64,000 nucleotides of DNA from Neoechinorhynchus agilis (lineage: Eukaryota; Animalia; Acanthocephala): contig CM121342.1 in assembly GCA_051530055.1 (NCBI GenBank), positions 1,336,797 through 1,400,796 of the forward strand, read 5' to 3'. The notes below the pieces were generated by a model that ran no database searches, was not told where the DNA came from, and worked only from the letters and a program-made list of their open reading frames with translations. The translations under genes were made by a program, and so were the position numbers. Positions within the stretch are counted from its first letter, which is position 1. The number at the start of each line of letters is the position of its first letter. Shown here in pieces: positions 36,422-48,538 of the stretch.

Positions 36422-37481
36422 CTTACGAAAAAGTGCGATCGGTTTTTTAAGCAAAATTTGAAGGAGCAAGAAAATGAATACTTTTCTATACGTTTATCTG
36501 AACACTTTTTTCTCCAGAAGATATAAACCCTTTTTTGCATGAATGTACTTTATTCGTATTGCCCTTTTTTTAGCTTGTAGCCAATGAGATTCGTTTCAAG
36601 GGTCGGTGATGGAGGCACGTGATTTCATTCGCAAATTTATGTTCGTCTTCACGACGTGGTCATTTTTTGTTTCTAAAAACTTTGGATTTGAATTGAGCAA
36701 ACACTTTATTCTTACAACTTTTAAATCTCATAAAATGGTTATTTTGAAGACTGAGAACTTTTATGGGAGCTTGAAATACTTAAGAAATTTGATTTATGCA
36801 TTTATCTAAGAAAGACTACTTTAATTGTTTTTGTATTTATAAAGCAGAAAAACTACAATTAATAAATAATTTCATTTTTGAATCGGTCTATTTCTAGCAT
36901 TTTCATCTGTAAAACATTAGTCATCGCGGTAATGTGAGACTGTCTTAATCGAGAAATTAGCATGTCAGCATTACAATAAACCACAAAAAGGCACCAGATT
37001 GTACCGAAATATTGGAACCAATAAATTCTTTTAATTTTAACGCCAGATGCAAACATAAACATTTTAAACTTCAAATAATAGTTTTAAAGTAAAAGTGGAC
37101 GGTTATTTCAGAGCGCGCAATTCTAAAACAGTAAAAAAGGATAATTTTGAGCATCGTAAATTGTTAATATTGTGGTTGTAATTTCGAAACTACAGGGGCG
37201 ATACTTCTGCAAATATTCATTAGGAAAAAAGTCTAGAATTAATATTCTGTAATAAATGCGATCAAATTATTGGAAGGTTCCCCGATATTCACAACATTTA
37301 AGTAGTTGAAGTTTTTAACACCAAGACGGATTTTATTTTTGGTTGTTTTCGTCTTTTTGTATACGAGATGACTATTTAACATTTGTTTTCACGGTTTCAC
37401 CACCGCAATTCGTTTTTAGGTTAGACTTGAAAATCTTTACCAACTACTCTAGACTCTTACGGACTTTATATCACTTAGAAG

Positions 37482-37705
37482 ATGGGTGATACCTGGTTAT
37501 ATATTGTACCACCGATTTTATGCTTGTTGGTGTTTTCAGGTGTGGTGGCCGCCATTCTGATGTATATATTTTTCTGTTCTATAATACGATCTAATTTTAA
37601 TTTAGGCGATATGCTAGTAGTTTATACCGCCGTGGAATGCTTCCCGCGGAGTTTTTTTACGGAGGCATGTTTGGAGGCAACCAAAGGAACTTTACAGGAC
37701 CGTGA
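37482..37705 (+). CDS. 59-aa single-pass membrane micropeptide, copy 3 (exons 37482-37561, 37606-37705)
   Basis: Intron 37562-37605. Spliced product: MGDTWLYIVPPILCLLVFSGVVAAILM-RYASSLYRRGMLPAEFFYGGMFGGNQRNFTGP. Confidence 0.7.
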
Positions 37706-37826
37706 TTAATTGATAATGTTCAAGCTTTTAATAAACTTAATTAGTCAAACTTCAGGATTGTGTGTGGAAAAGTATTTATTTTCAAAACCCTTGAGTGTTC
37801 ATTACCTTAACAATGGGAACTTCAAA

Positions 37827-38425
37827 TCAATCGGCTGTTACATTGAACTCCAGTGTGTAGAGTGGGACAAAGTTGTAATACCATGTGAGCTTTTTATACC
37901 GGAAGCGTTTATATTTTGTGCAAAGCGCTTTGAATTTTAAATTCCATGGAATTGCTCCATCTCTTTGTTCAAAGACGAGAATCGCATACCTGCGAGTACC
38001 TTTCGTATGCGAAGGAGGTAAATAATCGACGATGGTCGTCCTTCCCAAGTTTTCCATCCTTAAATCATCAATAAAAATATATGCTAATTGTGGTAATTGT
38101 TCATTGGCCCCTTTCGGACCAAGATATAATATCATCATGCTTACTAAATAGTACTCTCGAGGAATCAGGCATTCAACTCTTGGCAGATTTTGAACTTGTT
38201 TCACCGGTACTGTATCGCCATTATGTATTCTTTTTCCGGCAAAGTAAACTTCGGGTCTTCTCTCAACAACAAGCAACTCATTGAGAGTTGTTAAGTCAGA
38301 TTGCTCCTCTTTCACTGTATCTCTTCCGAATGTGTCAAATAACCATTGAAAACGTCCTTTTGGTGGTCTGGGAATTCCGATATCAGGACCAAGAGCGAAA
38401 TGCTTAAGAGAACGTACTTTTTCAT
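37827..38425 (-). CDS. Divergent, probably secreted PEBP (phosphatidylethanolamine-binding protein)-like gene
   Basis: PEBP-like VYFAGKRIHNGDTV...DYLPPSHTKGTRRYAILVFEQ...F. An upstream ATG (38425) gives a signal-peptide-like MKKYVLLSISLLVLIS in another frame, which needs a short intron (e.g. 29 nt gttatt...tacag) or a frameshift. Confidence 0.65.
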
Positions 38426-38889
38426 AGATCGTTTCCTTCGATTAAAAAGATTAACGAGCAGATATACGAGTCAACTAACTCAAGACACATTCCATCGGCG
38501 AGTTGACAAAAGTTTCAGGTATGGGCGTGAAAGATTGTGTGGTGTTTTGATGTGGAGCAATGATTTTAATTTGAGTCTAGGCAAAGGTTCTGATTAATGG
38601 AATCTAGATCCCGTTTTAATTCCATGGAGGTCAAATTTGGTAAGATATCAGGGTTGCGTGGACCATTAGAGTTCTTGAGGTCCCGCCACCACGTTGAATT
38701 ATCACTTGAACGAATATTGGAGGAAAGAAAGCTTTTGCGGTGTTTTTTAAATGGGGAAAGTCAGGTAATTTATAGCGATGGCCAGAAATTTCAAAATAGG
38801 GGTTATCCTTGGTTGGTAGCGGTTGGATATTCTAATGAATTTCTGGGAAATTGTCGAAATCAGGAAATTTTTTAATGTTTGAGGTTATC

Positions 38890-39235
38890 CTACTAGTAAC
38901 CTCCCTAAAAATTCTGGGTCTCCAATTTCAATCAAATTTGAAATGAAACGCGCACATCAAAGCTCAACACCTTTAAAATCTACCTCCAAAGTGCTTCCGA
39001 CATTTAAGAATCCCTTCACTCGATTTCTACAAATTTTACTTCAGTTTTATTTTACCCTTCATCACCTACGGTTATCCCGTCTTTTGCAATCTATCCAAAT
39101 CTCAAATCCACTGTCTTGAAATTCTTCGCAAAAGAGCATCTAAAATTTACACAGCTGACTTTCTCCCTCTCACCGAATGCCTTGATACATCCACTCAAAA
39201 ATCAATAGCCAGTTTCATTTAGCCAATCGGAGCTC
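38890..39235 (+). mobile_element. L2/CR1-like LINE RT C-terminal remnant
   Basis: FYKFYFSFILPFITYGYPVFCNLSKSQIHCLEILRKRASKI resembles the LINE thumb region. Confidence 0.5.
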
Positions 39236-39659
39236 GAGTGTTTACGCGGACCCAAAGGGAGACATGGGTTCTCTTCTTTGTGTATTAACAAAATAAAACG
39301 TACCTCGCATCTCCATATATCGACGCTCCTTTTTCGATTTTGCCCGGTCTTCTAGGATTTCGTAAATTGAAATGAACCCGAGGAAAGACTCAATTCAAGA
39401 AATAATAGCCACCAACCTTACCACTCGACCGGTTCCCTGCGCTCATGAATAAAAAATGTTCCTCTTTGCATCGCGTCTCGCAATTTCATAGTCGGGTGAG
39501 CAATGGGGGAAGGCGTCATCCGTAATTTCTACCGTTACACCAAGAAGGCAGCCGAGTGATCCAGAGCGGTGGGGTGAATCATCTAACGCTATTTAAAATT
39601 CATCGGAGAATTGAATTTTTTTATAAAATTGTAGATGTGATGATCGCGTTTATCCCAGA

Positions 39660-41005
39660 CGGGTAGACGGAGAGATTTTATACGCTGAGGTGGGGTGGAG
39701 GGAGTAATAAGGGCAGAAGAGTGGTCAGAGTTCACGGGGGGAGGAGGAGTTTAGAGGCAGATGAGTAAGCGTCAATATTTGTGAACACTTTGTCGAGGTG
39801 AGCATCAAGACGAGTTGGGAAGTCAATAAGTTGACGCAATTCGGAGAAGGGTAGAATAGGAAATAGTTTATTGAAGTCTCCTGCAATTAAGAAATGGTTT
39901 GAATTTGTGGAATTTATGAGTTCTATCATAGAACCAATTTGAAGGAAAGAGGACTCAGGATGAGAGGCCGGAGGGCGATAGACGCCAGCAATGGTGAATT
40001 TTCTAATGCCATTTCTCAGAGGAGCTGAGAAGTGGACTGCGATGAATTTTAGATCGGGATTTTGAAGACAGCCTATGAGAGATAAAGAGTAAGATAGCGA
40101 TTGCCGTAAGTAAATTGAGATACCACCTAAGGGTTGGGGGGGGTTTGAAAGGTTTCGGCTGAGATGACCAAGCCGGCTTTTGAAGTAGATGACATGACTG
40201 AAATTAAGGGAATTTTGGATTGTGGGATATTAAGGTTGCATTGATCGTCGCGGTTGATGGATTAAAGGAGGAATTGTTACAAGTTACCGATGTAGAACCA
40301 TTGATTATCCCAAAGAGAGACGTACGGGAGTGAATCGAAAATTTGAGTTGCGATGAGTGATTGCCAATGATAGAAACGAGTTTAGAGTTGAAACTCTTTT
40401 CAGTAGGGGTACAGCGATAATTATTTACTTGCTTTGGAAAAAGAGAGTATTTAATGTGAAACGACTGAGAGAATGACCCTTGTGGTTATTCGAACGCCGG
40501 CGGAGCTGCACGTAATCAAAGAAACTGGGAAGTCGCTTATTCTTCGTGTTTTTGGGATTTGGAAGATGTTCGAGCGTGTACGCTAAAAGTAAAGGATTAT
40601 ATTGGGAAGATGAAGTCTGGGTTGAGTTTGGAGGGATGGTGGAAAGATTTTGTGATGAGTTCGTATGTGGATAGATACGAAAAGAAAGTTTAGAAGTAAG
40701 GAGTTTGTATCAACTGTTAAGAAAGAGGAAGACGTCCAGATATTTCGTCGACTTTTTGTTCAAACGTAGCTTTCTTAGTAGTTACTTCAGCAGAATCGCT
40801 TTCGCTTTTCCTATCGTCACCTTTTATCACAGTCACAATACCAAGTACCACAGGCTGAATATCTTCAAAGGCTGGTACCAAGTCCATAGTAATTGTTGAA
40901 ATGTTCGCAGTCTTTTGAACACCAATCGTTTCCAACGAATCTTCATTCGAGTTTAGCATACTGATGGAATCTACCAAAACCTTATTCTCCTTTGTGGTAG
41001 CTTCA
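39660..41005 (-). mobile_element. L2/CR1-like LINE 5' fragment with apurinic endonuclease
   Basis: GGISIYLRQ...AGVYRPP...LIAGDFN...FPTRLDAHLDKVFTN are APE motifs. The upstream part (40300-41005) is only tentatively ORF1-like. Confidence 0.75.
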
Positions 41006-41720
41006 CGGGGACGTTTCACGATTTTGCGTGTCATCCTTGCGCAGGGGCCGCATAGAGGCTTTCGGAAATAAATCGGAATAATAATCTATCAATACTAATT
41101 TATATCGAAAAAGACGATCCTCGGTTAAAAACGTGCTTTTTTAGAAAAAGTTGCTTCTCAAAAAAGAAAAGTCGCAGTTGCAATGGATCGACTTTGAAAT
41201 CTCAATAGTTAGAAAAGCTGACGGCGATCGAAACTGTTCAAAAAATATGGAACGCTTCACGATTTTGCGTGTCATCCTTGCGCAGCAGCCACACAGAAGC
41301 TTTCGGAAATAAATCGGAATAATAATTGATAAATACTAGTTAATATCGAAAAAGACGATCTTCGGTTAAAAACGTGCTTGTTTAGAAAAAGTTGCTTCTC
41401 AAAAAAGAAAAGCCGCAGTTGCAATGGATCGACTTTGAAATCTCAATAGTTAGAAAAGCTGACGGCGATCGAACTGTTCAAAAATATGGAACGCTTCACG
41501 ATTTTGCGTGTCATCCTTGCCAGGGCCGCATAGAAGCTTTCGGAAATAAATCGGAATAATAATTTGATAAATACTAGTTAATATCGAAAAAGACGATCTT
41601 CGGTTAAAAACGTGCTTGTTTAGAAAAAGTTGCTTCTCAAAAAAGAAAAGCCGCAGTTGCAATGGATCGACTCTTTGAAATCTCAATAGTTAGAAAAGCT
41701 GACGGCGATCGAAGCTGTTC
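41006..41720 (-). repeat. Second ~241-bp U6-derived tandem array
   Basis: U6 3' halves near 41010, 41240 and 41480. The block 41010-42350 directly duplicates ~18290-19390. Confidence 0.95.
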
Positions 41721-41771
41721 AAAAAATATGGAACGCTTCACGATTTTGCGTGTCATCCTTGCGCAGGGGCC

Positions 41772-41807
<36 letters not shown>

Positions 41808-41828
41808 GTGCGGCGCCGAAGCAACCAC
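41721..41828 (-). ncRNA. U6: U6 spliceosomal snRNA gene, second identical copy
   Basis: Same 108-nt sequence as 18768-18875, with ~520 bp of near-identical upstream flank. Confidence 0.97.
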
Positions 41829-42359
41829 GAGATCTGTGCAATGAATACCCAAACCGGTACCCGTAATGTTACAATATAAAACTTCTTATTATTTTGTTTC
41901 ACCTTCGACAAAACATATTCATACAAAATACATTAGCTATAAGATCGTAAAACATCATCATTTCGATTTATTTAAATTTGTTTAACTGAGGATCGAAACT
42001 TAAATTTGCATGTCGGAACTCCTGATATTGTTACCGGGAAATTTCGCATCATTAAATCTTTAATTTGTGTTCGCTATAAAATGGTACGAACGGTTAAGTT
42101 TTTGCATTGAGTTTTGGAAAGAGAATTTCTTGGCAATATCTCGCACGAATTTTTACTTTTCGGCGTGAGTAACTGCAAGTTTTCTTCGAAGACTCATGAA
42201 CGATCTTAAATACGAGATAGGAAAAATCATTTTTAGATTTGTCGGTAGAACAAAACTGTCAGTTCGCCAAAAGTTATATGCGTTCATGGATCCTTAAAAA
42301 GTATAAATGGCAATGCTACGAAATTTCAAGATTTTCAAATTGATTGTATTGTCTCATTT

Positions 42360-42640
42360 CCATTATCCGTTTATAAGATTCTTCTGTTTGTTGATTCCTT
42401 TATATCCCTGCAGTCCTCGTCTATTTCCCTCCATTGCCTCTTAATCCTAGTTTGTCCGGCGAATCGCAGTTGAAGTTGAGGCGTACTCTTCCCCCCTTTC
42501 CCCCTTCTTTAATTCCGGCCTCACATCATTGAGATGACGGTCCTTTTGAGTAACGATTTCCTGCGTCCGTGAGTGCCAAGGAAATCGTTACCAATTCTAC
42601 GTTTCTCGGCGTCAATGGGCGTTTCCCTGACGGATTGGAT
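42360..42640 (-). mobile_element. Short decayed RTE-like LINE 3' remnant
   Basis: A GC-richer patch resembling RTE C-terminal coding sequence; weak. Confidence 0.3.
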
Positions 42641-42969
42641 AAGTGGCAAGAGGTGAAGCTTTAGTAAAACACCTAAAATCATTACGTCTTCATTAGTTAA
42701 ATCGATTTGTGATTGAACTCTGCATGTGGACGGACATTACTTTTGCGTTCAATCACTTAAATCAATGAATAATCATCAAATAATCTGTAATTCGTTAGTG
42801 AAAGAATAAATAAGCTAAAAACGCATGCGTAATTCTTTAATGGTAAACAAGTGTATATTCTTTATGTTGTTGTAGCGAATTTGTACAACAAACAAGTTCG
42901 AAATAACTCCCTAAAAACAGTATAACAAAGATCTTTTACAAGAGAAAAGGGTAAATTCGTCTCGATAAC

Positions 42970-43500
42970 ATGTATTTCCCATCGATATTTGTAGCGCTCA
43001 ACTTAATCATGCAGGTTAATTCTCAACCAATAGTAGAGAAATTCATTTTACCAGGACGATCATTGGAAGCGATACTCAATGAAACCAAAGGTTCAATGGA
43101 TGAACCCAAACGGATTATCGTGATCCAGATGACCGGAACACCCATCGATGGCGAGTTGGACATTCCATCATTGGCCCGGATGCCATTTGAGCATCCATCT
43201 GAAACTTTTTCAAGGATGATGAACATGGTGAAAGAAATGCTCGGCAGTCTTGTTAATGTAGAAGGCCCAATGGAACAATTTAACATGAAATCAAAAATGG
43301 TAAATGCGACAGCGAGTGAAGAAAATCTTTTAAATGGTGAACAAATAACCAGTGATGAAGAGTGCGGTGGATACTACAGTCCGCGATCTTATTTGCACCA
43401 ATACAATTGCCCGATTAATACTATTGATTGGGACCCTGAAGAATATCAGGAAACCAATCTGCGTTATTGCCCGATCCACCGATGCTTCCATTACGATTGA
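42970..43500 (+). CDS. Intronless secreted orphan protein, 176 aa (copy 1)
   Basis: ATG ORF with a hydrophobic signal peptide (MYFPSIFVALNLIMQVNS) and two paralogs in the window. Confidence 0.8.
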   Translation: MYFPSIFVALNLIMQVNSQPIVEKFILPGRSLEAILNETKGSMDEPKRIIVIQMTGTPIDGELDIPSLARMPFEHPSETFSRMMNMVKEMLGSLVNVEGPMEQFNMKSKMVNATASEENLLNGEQITSDEECGGYYSPRSYLHQYNCPINTIDWDPEEYQETNLRYCPIHRCFHYD

Positions 43501-43719
43501 CCATTAAATAATCCGATATGGATTTATCTTTAGAGAAATATATCGAGTTTTTATTAACTTTAGCCAGTTTTAGGGTTCATGGGCGCAGTGGAAAATAAGG
43601 ACCCGTCGATTTGAATTTTATACATCTCAAAATCCTACGGCACACGAAAAAGCATGAAGAAATTCCAACTTAAAGAAATAATTTACCATCTAATGACATT
43701 GAAAATTCGATAAAATCAT

Positions 43720-44090
43720 TATTTAGGACAAATTGAATGTCCAATCGCTACCAATATCCAGAATAGCAATCGAGCTTCGATTTCCGTTGTCATTGAAGCT
43801 TCATTATTGAACTTGTCACTTGCACGCTCGAAGGGATGAAAGTCGGCTCGTAAGCAGTTCTTTTTAAAGGATAGGACCATCATTTTAGCCAAAATCTTCA
43901 TCAATTCGAGTAAACAAATAAAATTCATTCCAATTTAAAAAAAGGGTTTCCGACCTTTACAAAAATAAGAATCGCTCCATCAAAAATCAGATCACACAGC
44001 GTCTTCCCTGTTGTTCAGATAAAATAAGACTGAAAATTAGACAAAAATCAACATTTAGGACAAATTGAATGCCCGATCGCGACCAATATC
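43720..44090. repeat. Diverged inverted fragments of the 485-bp satellite
   Basis: Shares gaaagtcggctcg, gagcttcgatttcc and ggacaaattgaatg motifs. Confidence 0.65.
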
Positions 44091-46522
44091 GAAGGAATCA
44101 ATCGCATTTGAATGTTTAATTTATTTTTTAGGTAAAGATTCATATTGATGTATTTTCAATCGGAAATCTCTACTTCAATTTGCTTGTTTAGTTGGTCTTC
44201 GCGTTTATAGAGTTTACTTCTATAACAATTTCAACATTAGAGTATAATGTCATATATCATTGTCCTCGGGGTGAATTTGATTGTGCGTTGGCCGCAAGAG
44301 GTGTGTGCGGACGAAACTCCCCACACTTCGGGTATTAGCAAACCCGCGGATCTGAGCTACATCCAGACGTGACCGGCTGTGCATGCCGTATGTGTCCTCC
44401 ATTTTAGATAGACTGAAGAGGCAAGGAAAACCTTGCGAAATATTTCTAAAATAAATGAATAACGACAACACCGGGGACAGGATTCGCCAACGCACAATTA
44501 AAGAGTATAAGGCGTTCTATTATTTATTGTGATGGCATATTTGGGAGTATTTATGAACCGATCAAAATAATGTAAAATAGATGGTATTAAAGGGCTAACG
44601 TGTCGCCGTCAATAATAACGCCTTTAATTCAGTGTCAGAAATTCTTAAAATTGTTCTAATAAAGTCACAGCAGCTTATTCCCTGAAAACTGTATTAAGAA
44701 ACATCAATTCTGCCATTTAAAGTTGTTAATTGAACAATTTTAATTCCATTTTGTGCAAACTAAGTAGATTTGTAAATATTATTGAAGTTTTAGTAAACTT
44801 TTATGGATCTCGGTCAAGTTCGCCGCCTATAATGTAAATGTCGAAATATGAAGAAATTAATAAGGCCACCTTTTAAAGAGCATACGAGCAAAAAATTGGA
44901 AATTTTGACTCTATGTAGTGCGGAAATATAAAACGACTTGCATTATTTAACACTAACAATGCAACTGGATTCCCACAGAGAATTTTTGCTTAATCATGTC
45001 ATACAGAAAAAATTCTATAGCGAAATACGTTTAAGATATAGTTATAAGCAATAGGAGATTAGAGATATCAGATTAAGTTCAGTAAAAAATTTGATTCAAA
45101 GATTCTGCCTCTAACTGAATTGATTCGAAATTACTGATTCCGATGAACAGCAGTGATTAAAAATATGTGAAGAATGCCCTTGAAAAATAAGAAATTATCT
45201 AGGTTTGTCTTGAAACAAAGAATAGAAATTTGTTCCTTTGTATTTCATGAAAATTAATGTGGCCTGACAACATTTTTCCAGTAAACTTCATTAGCTAAGC
45301 GTTACCATACTATTATATAAGAATTTTAATGAACAATTTCTGCTCATATTCCAAGTCATAGGAATTCACAATATTTAAATGATTTTTTCAATTCCTTAAC
45401 AAAGCAAGATTGTTATAAAAAAGGGGAATCGTTCTAAAAAAGTAGACACACATAAGGGGTAACTTTTTTGCATGTATAAATCTCAAATATGCTTTTTATA
45501 CAAGGCTCATATCCTTCGATATTGATAGTTAGATATCGATAATGATGTATGATTTGATGAGACTGGATTCTATTAAGATTTTAGAGCAAGATGTATACTT
45601 TTATCAACGTTGCATTATGCAAGAATCAATTATTCTTCTAAAGGACGATTTTCAGCTGCGGATCATTTTTTAAATTTCGAACAGCGATATTGTGAAGGGT
45701 ATCATTAATGCAATTAACGTAGTCAGACCACAACTAAAATAGAAATACCTTTCGTAAGATGATGTTCGGAATATTTTTTGCATAATAACTATCGGTTTAT
45801 TGATAACCTACTAAATACATCAAGCCGTAGATGAAGGTTGCATTTTAAGTGACAAATATTTAAGAAAGTGAAAGTTCATGTGCTCGATTATACAAACGAT
45901 TATTGCCTAATCCAAGATTTGAAGATAATTTAAATAGAATGAACAGAATAAAAGGCATGCTGCAAAACGCCGGCACCGTTGAATATTTTTATGAAAAACA
46001 GTTACATTCTAACTTTTTTTACTTCATGACTTTAAGTATTCAAAATAATAAGACATTTACGAGGCAACCAGCGAGGCATCTTCGCTATGCTACTTGGTTC
46101 AGTCACATACTAATATTTAAATGAAACTGGAATTTGAAAAACAAAATTATAATATCTTTAACGGGACGTATTATGTTTATCTCAGTTTGTGCTAGAAAAT
46201 AGGCTTTCAATAATCCTGCGGCAAAATAAGCGAACATTTAATTAACCTGAACGCCCGCCCAGATTTCGTATAATAAAATTACAAAATTCGGCGAAAACCA
46301 ACAACGAAGAAAAGAGTTTGAAATAGTTGACTATGTAGCCATTCAATTCAGAAGTAATTGCGAATATAAATTCGGATTAATGCATCCTGATTGCATACAA
46401 AGTTGTTTAATGCAATACTTGAACCCTTCTCAACTTGCGAATTTGAATGAGCAGCTACTACATCGATAACTAGGTTTATATATTTCGATAAAAACTACGC
46501 TAATAATATCATCATTATCTCA

Positions 46523-47161
46523 CTACCAATAAAAGTACTGATGGGACGGGCAGCAGTAAACTGGCATTTCTTCATCTACCGGCAATAAGTAGACAAGTTG
46601 TCGTTGAGGATATTGGTCTTCCCAATATTCCTCTGGTCGTATACGGTCCAAGATCATTGGCAGGCGATAGGAACGAAAATGCATTTCCGGCTCATGGATT
46701 TCCTCATCGGTCAAGATAATTTGATCGCTACTTTTCGACATCGGTAAATCTTGTTGATCGCTTGTTTCACTTAATTTCAAGATTTCTGAGGCTTCTTTTG
46801 ATGACGAGAATTCCGCCTCAACAGGTTCCGAAATAATGTCATTTTTTGTGAGAGCATTGCCGAGCATTTCTTTCACCATGTTCAGTATCCTTGAAAAAGT
46901 GTCAGATGGATGCTCAAACGGCATCCGGGACAATGATGGAATGTCCAACTCGCCATCGATGGGTGTTCCGGTCATCTGGATCACGATAATCCTGTTAGGT
47001 TTATCCATTACGAGATCAGTGTCATTCAATGTCGCCCGGATCGATTTTGCGGGTAGAAGACTGAAATCAGAATTTTGTGGTATTTCAGCAATCACTTCAG
47101 CAGGCAAGGAATTAAGTTGATCAATAAAGTGGAGCACAAGAAATATTGATGTGAAATACAT
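46523..47161 (-). CDS. Intronless secreted orphan protein, 212 aa from ATG 47161 (divergent paralog)
   Basis: MYFTSIFLVLHFIDQLNS signal, shared core RIIVIQMTGTPIDGELDIPSLxRMPFEHPS, and shared PEEY and C-terminal YC..H..F motifs. Confidence 0.8.
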   Translation of the reverse strand: MYFTSIFLVLHFIDQLNSLPAEVIAEIPQNSDFSLLPAKSIRATLNDTDLVMDKPNRIIVIQMTGTPIDGELDIPSLSRMPFEHPSDTFSRILNMVKEMLGNALTKNDIISEPVEAEFSSSKEASEILKLSETSDQQDLPMSKSSDQIILTDEEIHEPEMHFRSYRLPMILDRIRPEEYWEDQYPQRQLVYLLPVDEEMPVYCCPSHQYFYW

Positions 47162-48007
47162 TCTCTCTCTCTCGTCGACTTCGCTCCTTTCTCTTACAAT
47201 CGATATTTTCCATCTTATTTTAGGAAAAGTCACTTCAGACGAGATAAAGCGTTGTTGACGTAACAAATATTTTCAACGCCAATAATAAAAGTTGATCTTC
47301 AAGATGAGTTCGCTACGTTAGACTGTTCCCATTCCGCTGAAATTTCTAAACGTTTTTAAGCTGAGAATAGTATAAGAATTCTAAAACGTAGATAAAAATA
47401 TAAAAACGGAACTAATTAATATCTTAATTAACGTGGAATTCATATGAACTGTAAAGTGTCTATGATCATTCATAAACTTTGGATCAATCAAACAACGCTG
47501 AGTTTTTGTTATTGAGCTCATATCCGTATTCGACTTAAGGAGTAACTTTTCGGAATTGGTTATCGTCAAGCTAAATTGTAAAGAAAACTTTAAAATGATT
47601 TCATGGAGCGCATTAATTGAATGGTATACCCGAAGAAATTGCATTCTATTACGAGATCTCTCATCCGTAATAGAAATCCGAATTGGATCAGTCTACAATT
47701 TCTGGACACGACGTATGCATACGTTCTGGGAAATCAAATATTTAAAATACAATAAAAGAAAACAAATCTAAAATTGGCAACTAATTCTTCAGTTTTTAAA
47801 TCCTGAAGAATAACCATTAAAAACCTAAAACATGTCGTTTCTAATATTAAAATTGCTCATACAAACTAATTTAAGTCTTCCAAAATTCCAATGCCCATAT
47901 ATAAATAAGCTAAACAAATAAGCTTACAAACAAGTTCGAAATAACTCCCTAAAAACAGTATAGCAAAGATCTTTTACAAGAGAAAAGGGTAAATTCGTCT
48001 CGATAAC

Positions 48008-48538
48008 ATGTATTTCCCATCGATATTTGTAGCGCTCAACTTAATCATGCAGGTTAATTCTCAACCAATAGTTGAGAAATTCATTTTACCAGGACGATCA
48101 TTGGAAGCGATACTCAATGAAACCAAAGGTTCAATGGATGAACCCAAAGGGATTATCATGATCCAGATGACCGGAACACCCATCGATGGCGAGTTGGACA
48201 TTCCATCATTGGCCCGGATGCCATTTGAGCATCCATCTGAAACTTTTTCAAGGATGATGAACATGGTGAAAGAAATGCTCGGCAGTCTTGTTAATGTAGA
48301 AGGCCCAATGGAACAATTTAACATGAAATCAAAAATGGTGAATGCGACAGCGAGTGAAGAAAATCTTTTAAATGGTGAACAAATAACCAGTGATGAAGAG
48401 AGCGGTGGATACTACAGTCCGCGATCTTATTTGCACCAATACAATTGCCCGATTAATACTATTGATTGGGACCCTGAAGAATATCAGGAAACCAATCTGC
48501 GTTATTGCCCGATCCACCGATGCTTCCATTACGATTGA
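48008..48538 (+). CDS. Intronless secreted orphan protein, 176 aa (copy 2)
   Basis: Differs from copy 1 at 3 residues. The block ~47930-48975 duplicates ~42890-44090. Confidence 0.8.
   Translation: MYFPSIFVALNLIMQVNSQPIVEKFILPGRSLEAILNETKGSMDEPKGIIMIQMTGTPIDGELDIPSLARMPFEHPSETFSRMMNMVKEMLGSLVNVEGPMEQFNMKSKMVNATASEENLLNGEQITSDEESGGYYSPRSYLHQYNCPINTIDWDPEEYQETNLRYCPIHRCFHYD

Noticed and set aside
37710-37940. Plus-strand 76-aa ORFs here and at 15890-16120
   Set aside because: They are largely antisense shadows of the PEBP-like gene's 3' end.
39370-39445. tRNA gene on the minus strand (GGTCGAGTGGT...GGTTCATTTC)
   Set aside because: It has box-like words only and no cloverleaf; at most a decayed SINE head.
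40717-41034. 105-aa ORF as a gene
   Set aside because: Its ATG lies within the U6-derived repeat, so it is a junction artefact.
44520-46200. Decayed gene or transposase
   Set aside because: Short frames with many stops and no identifiable motif.
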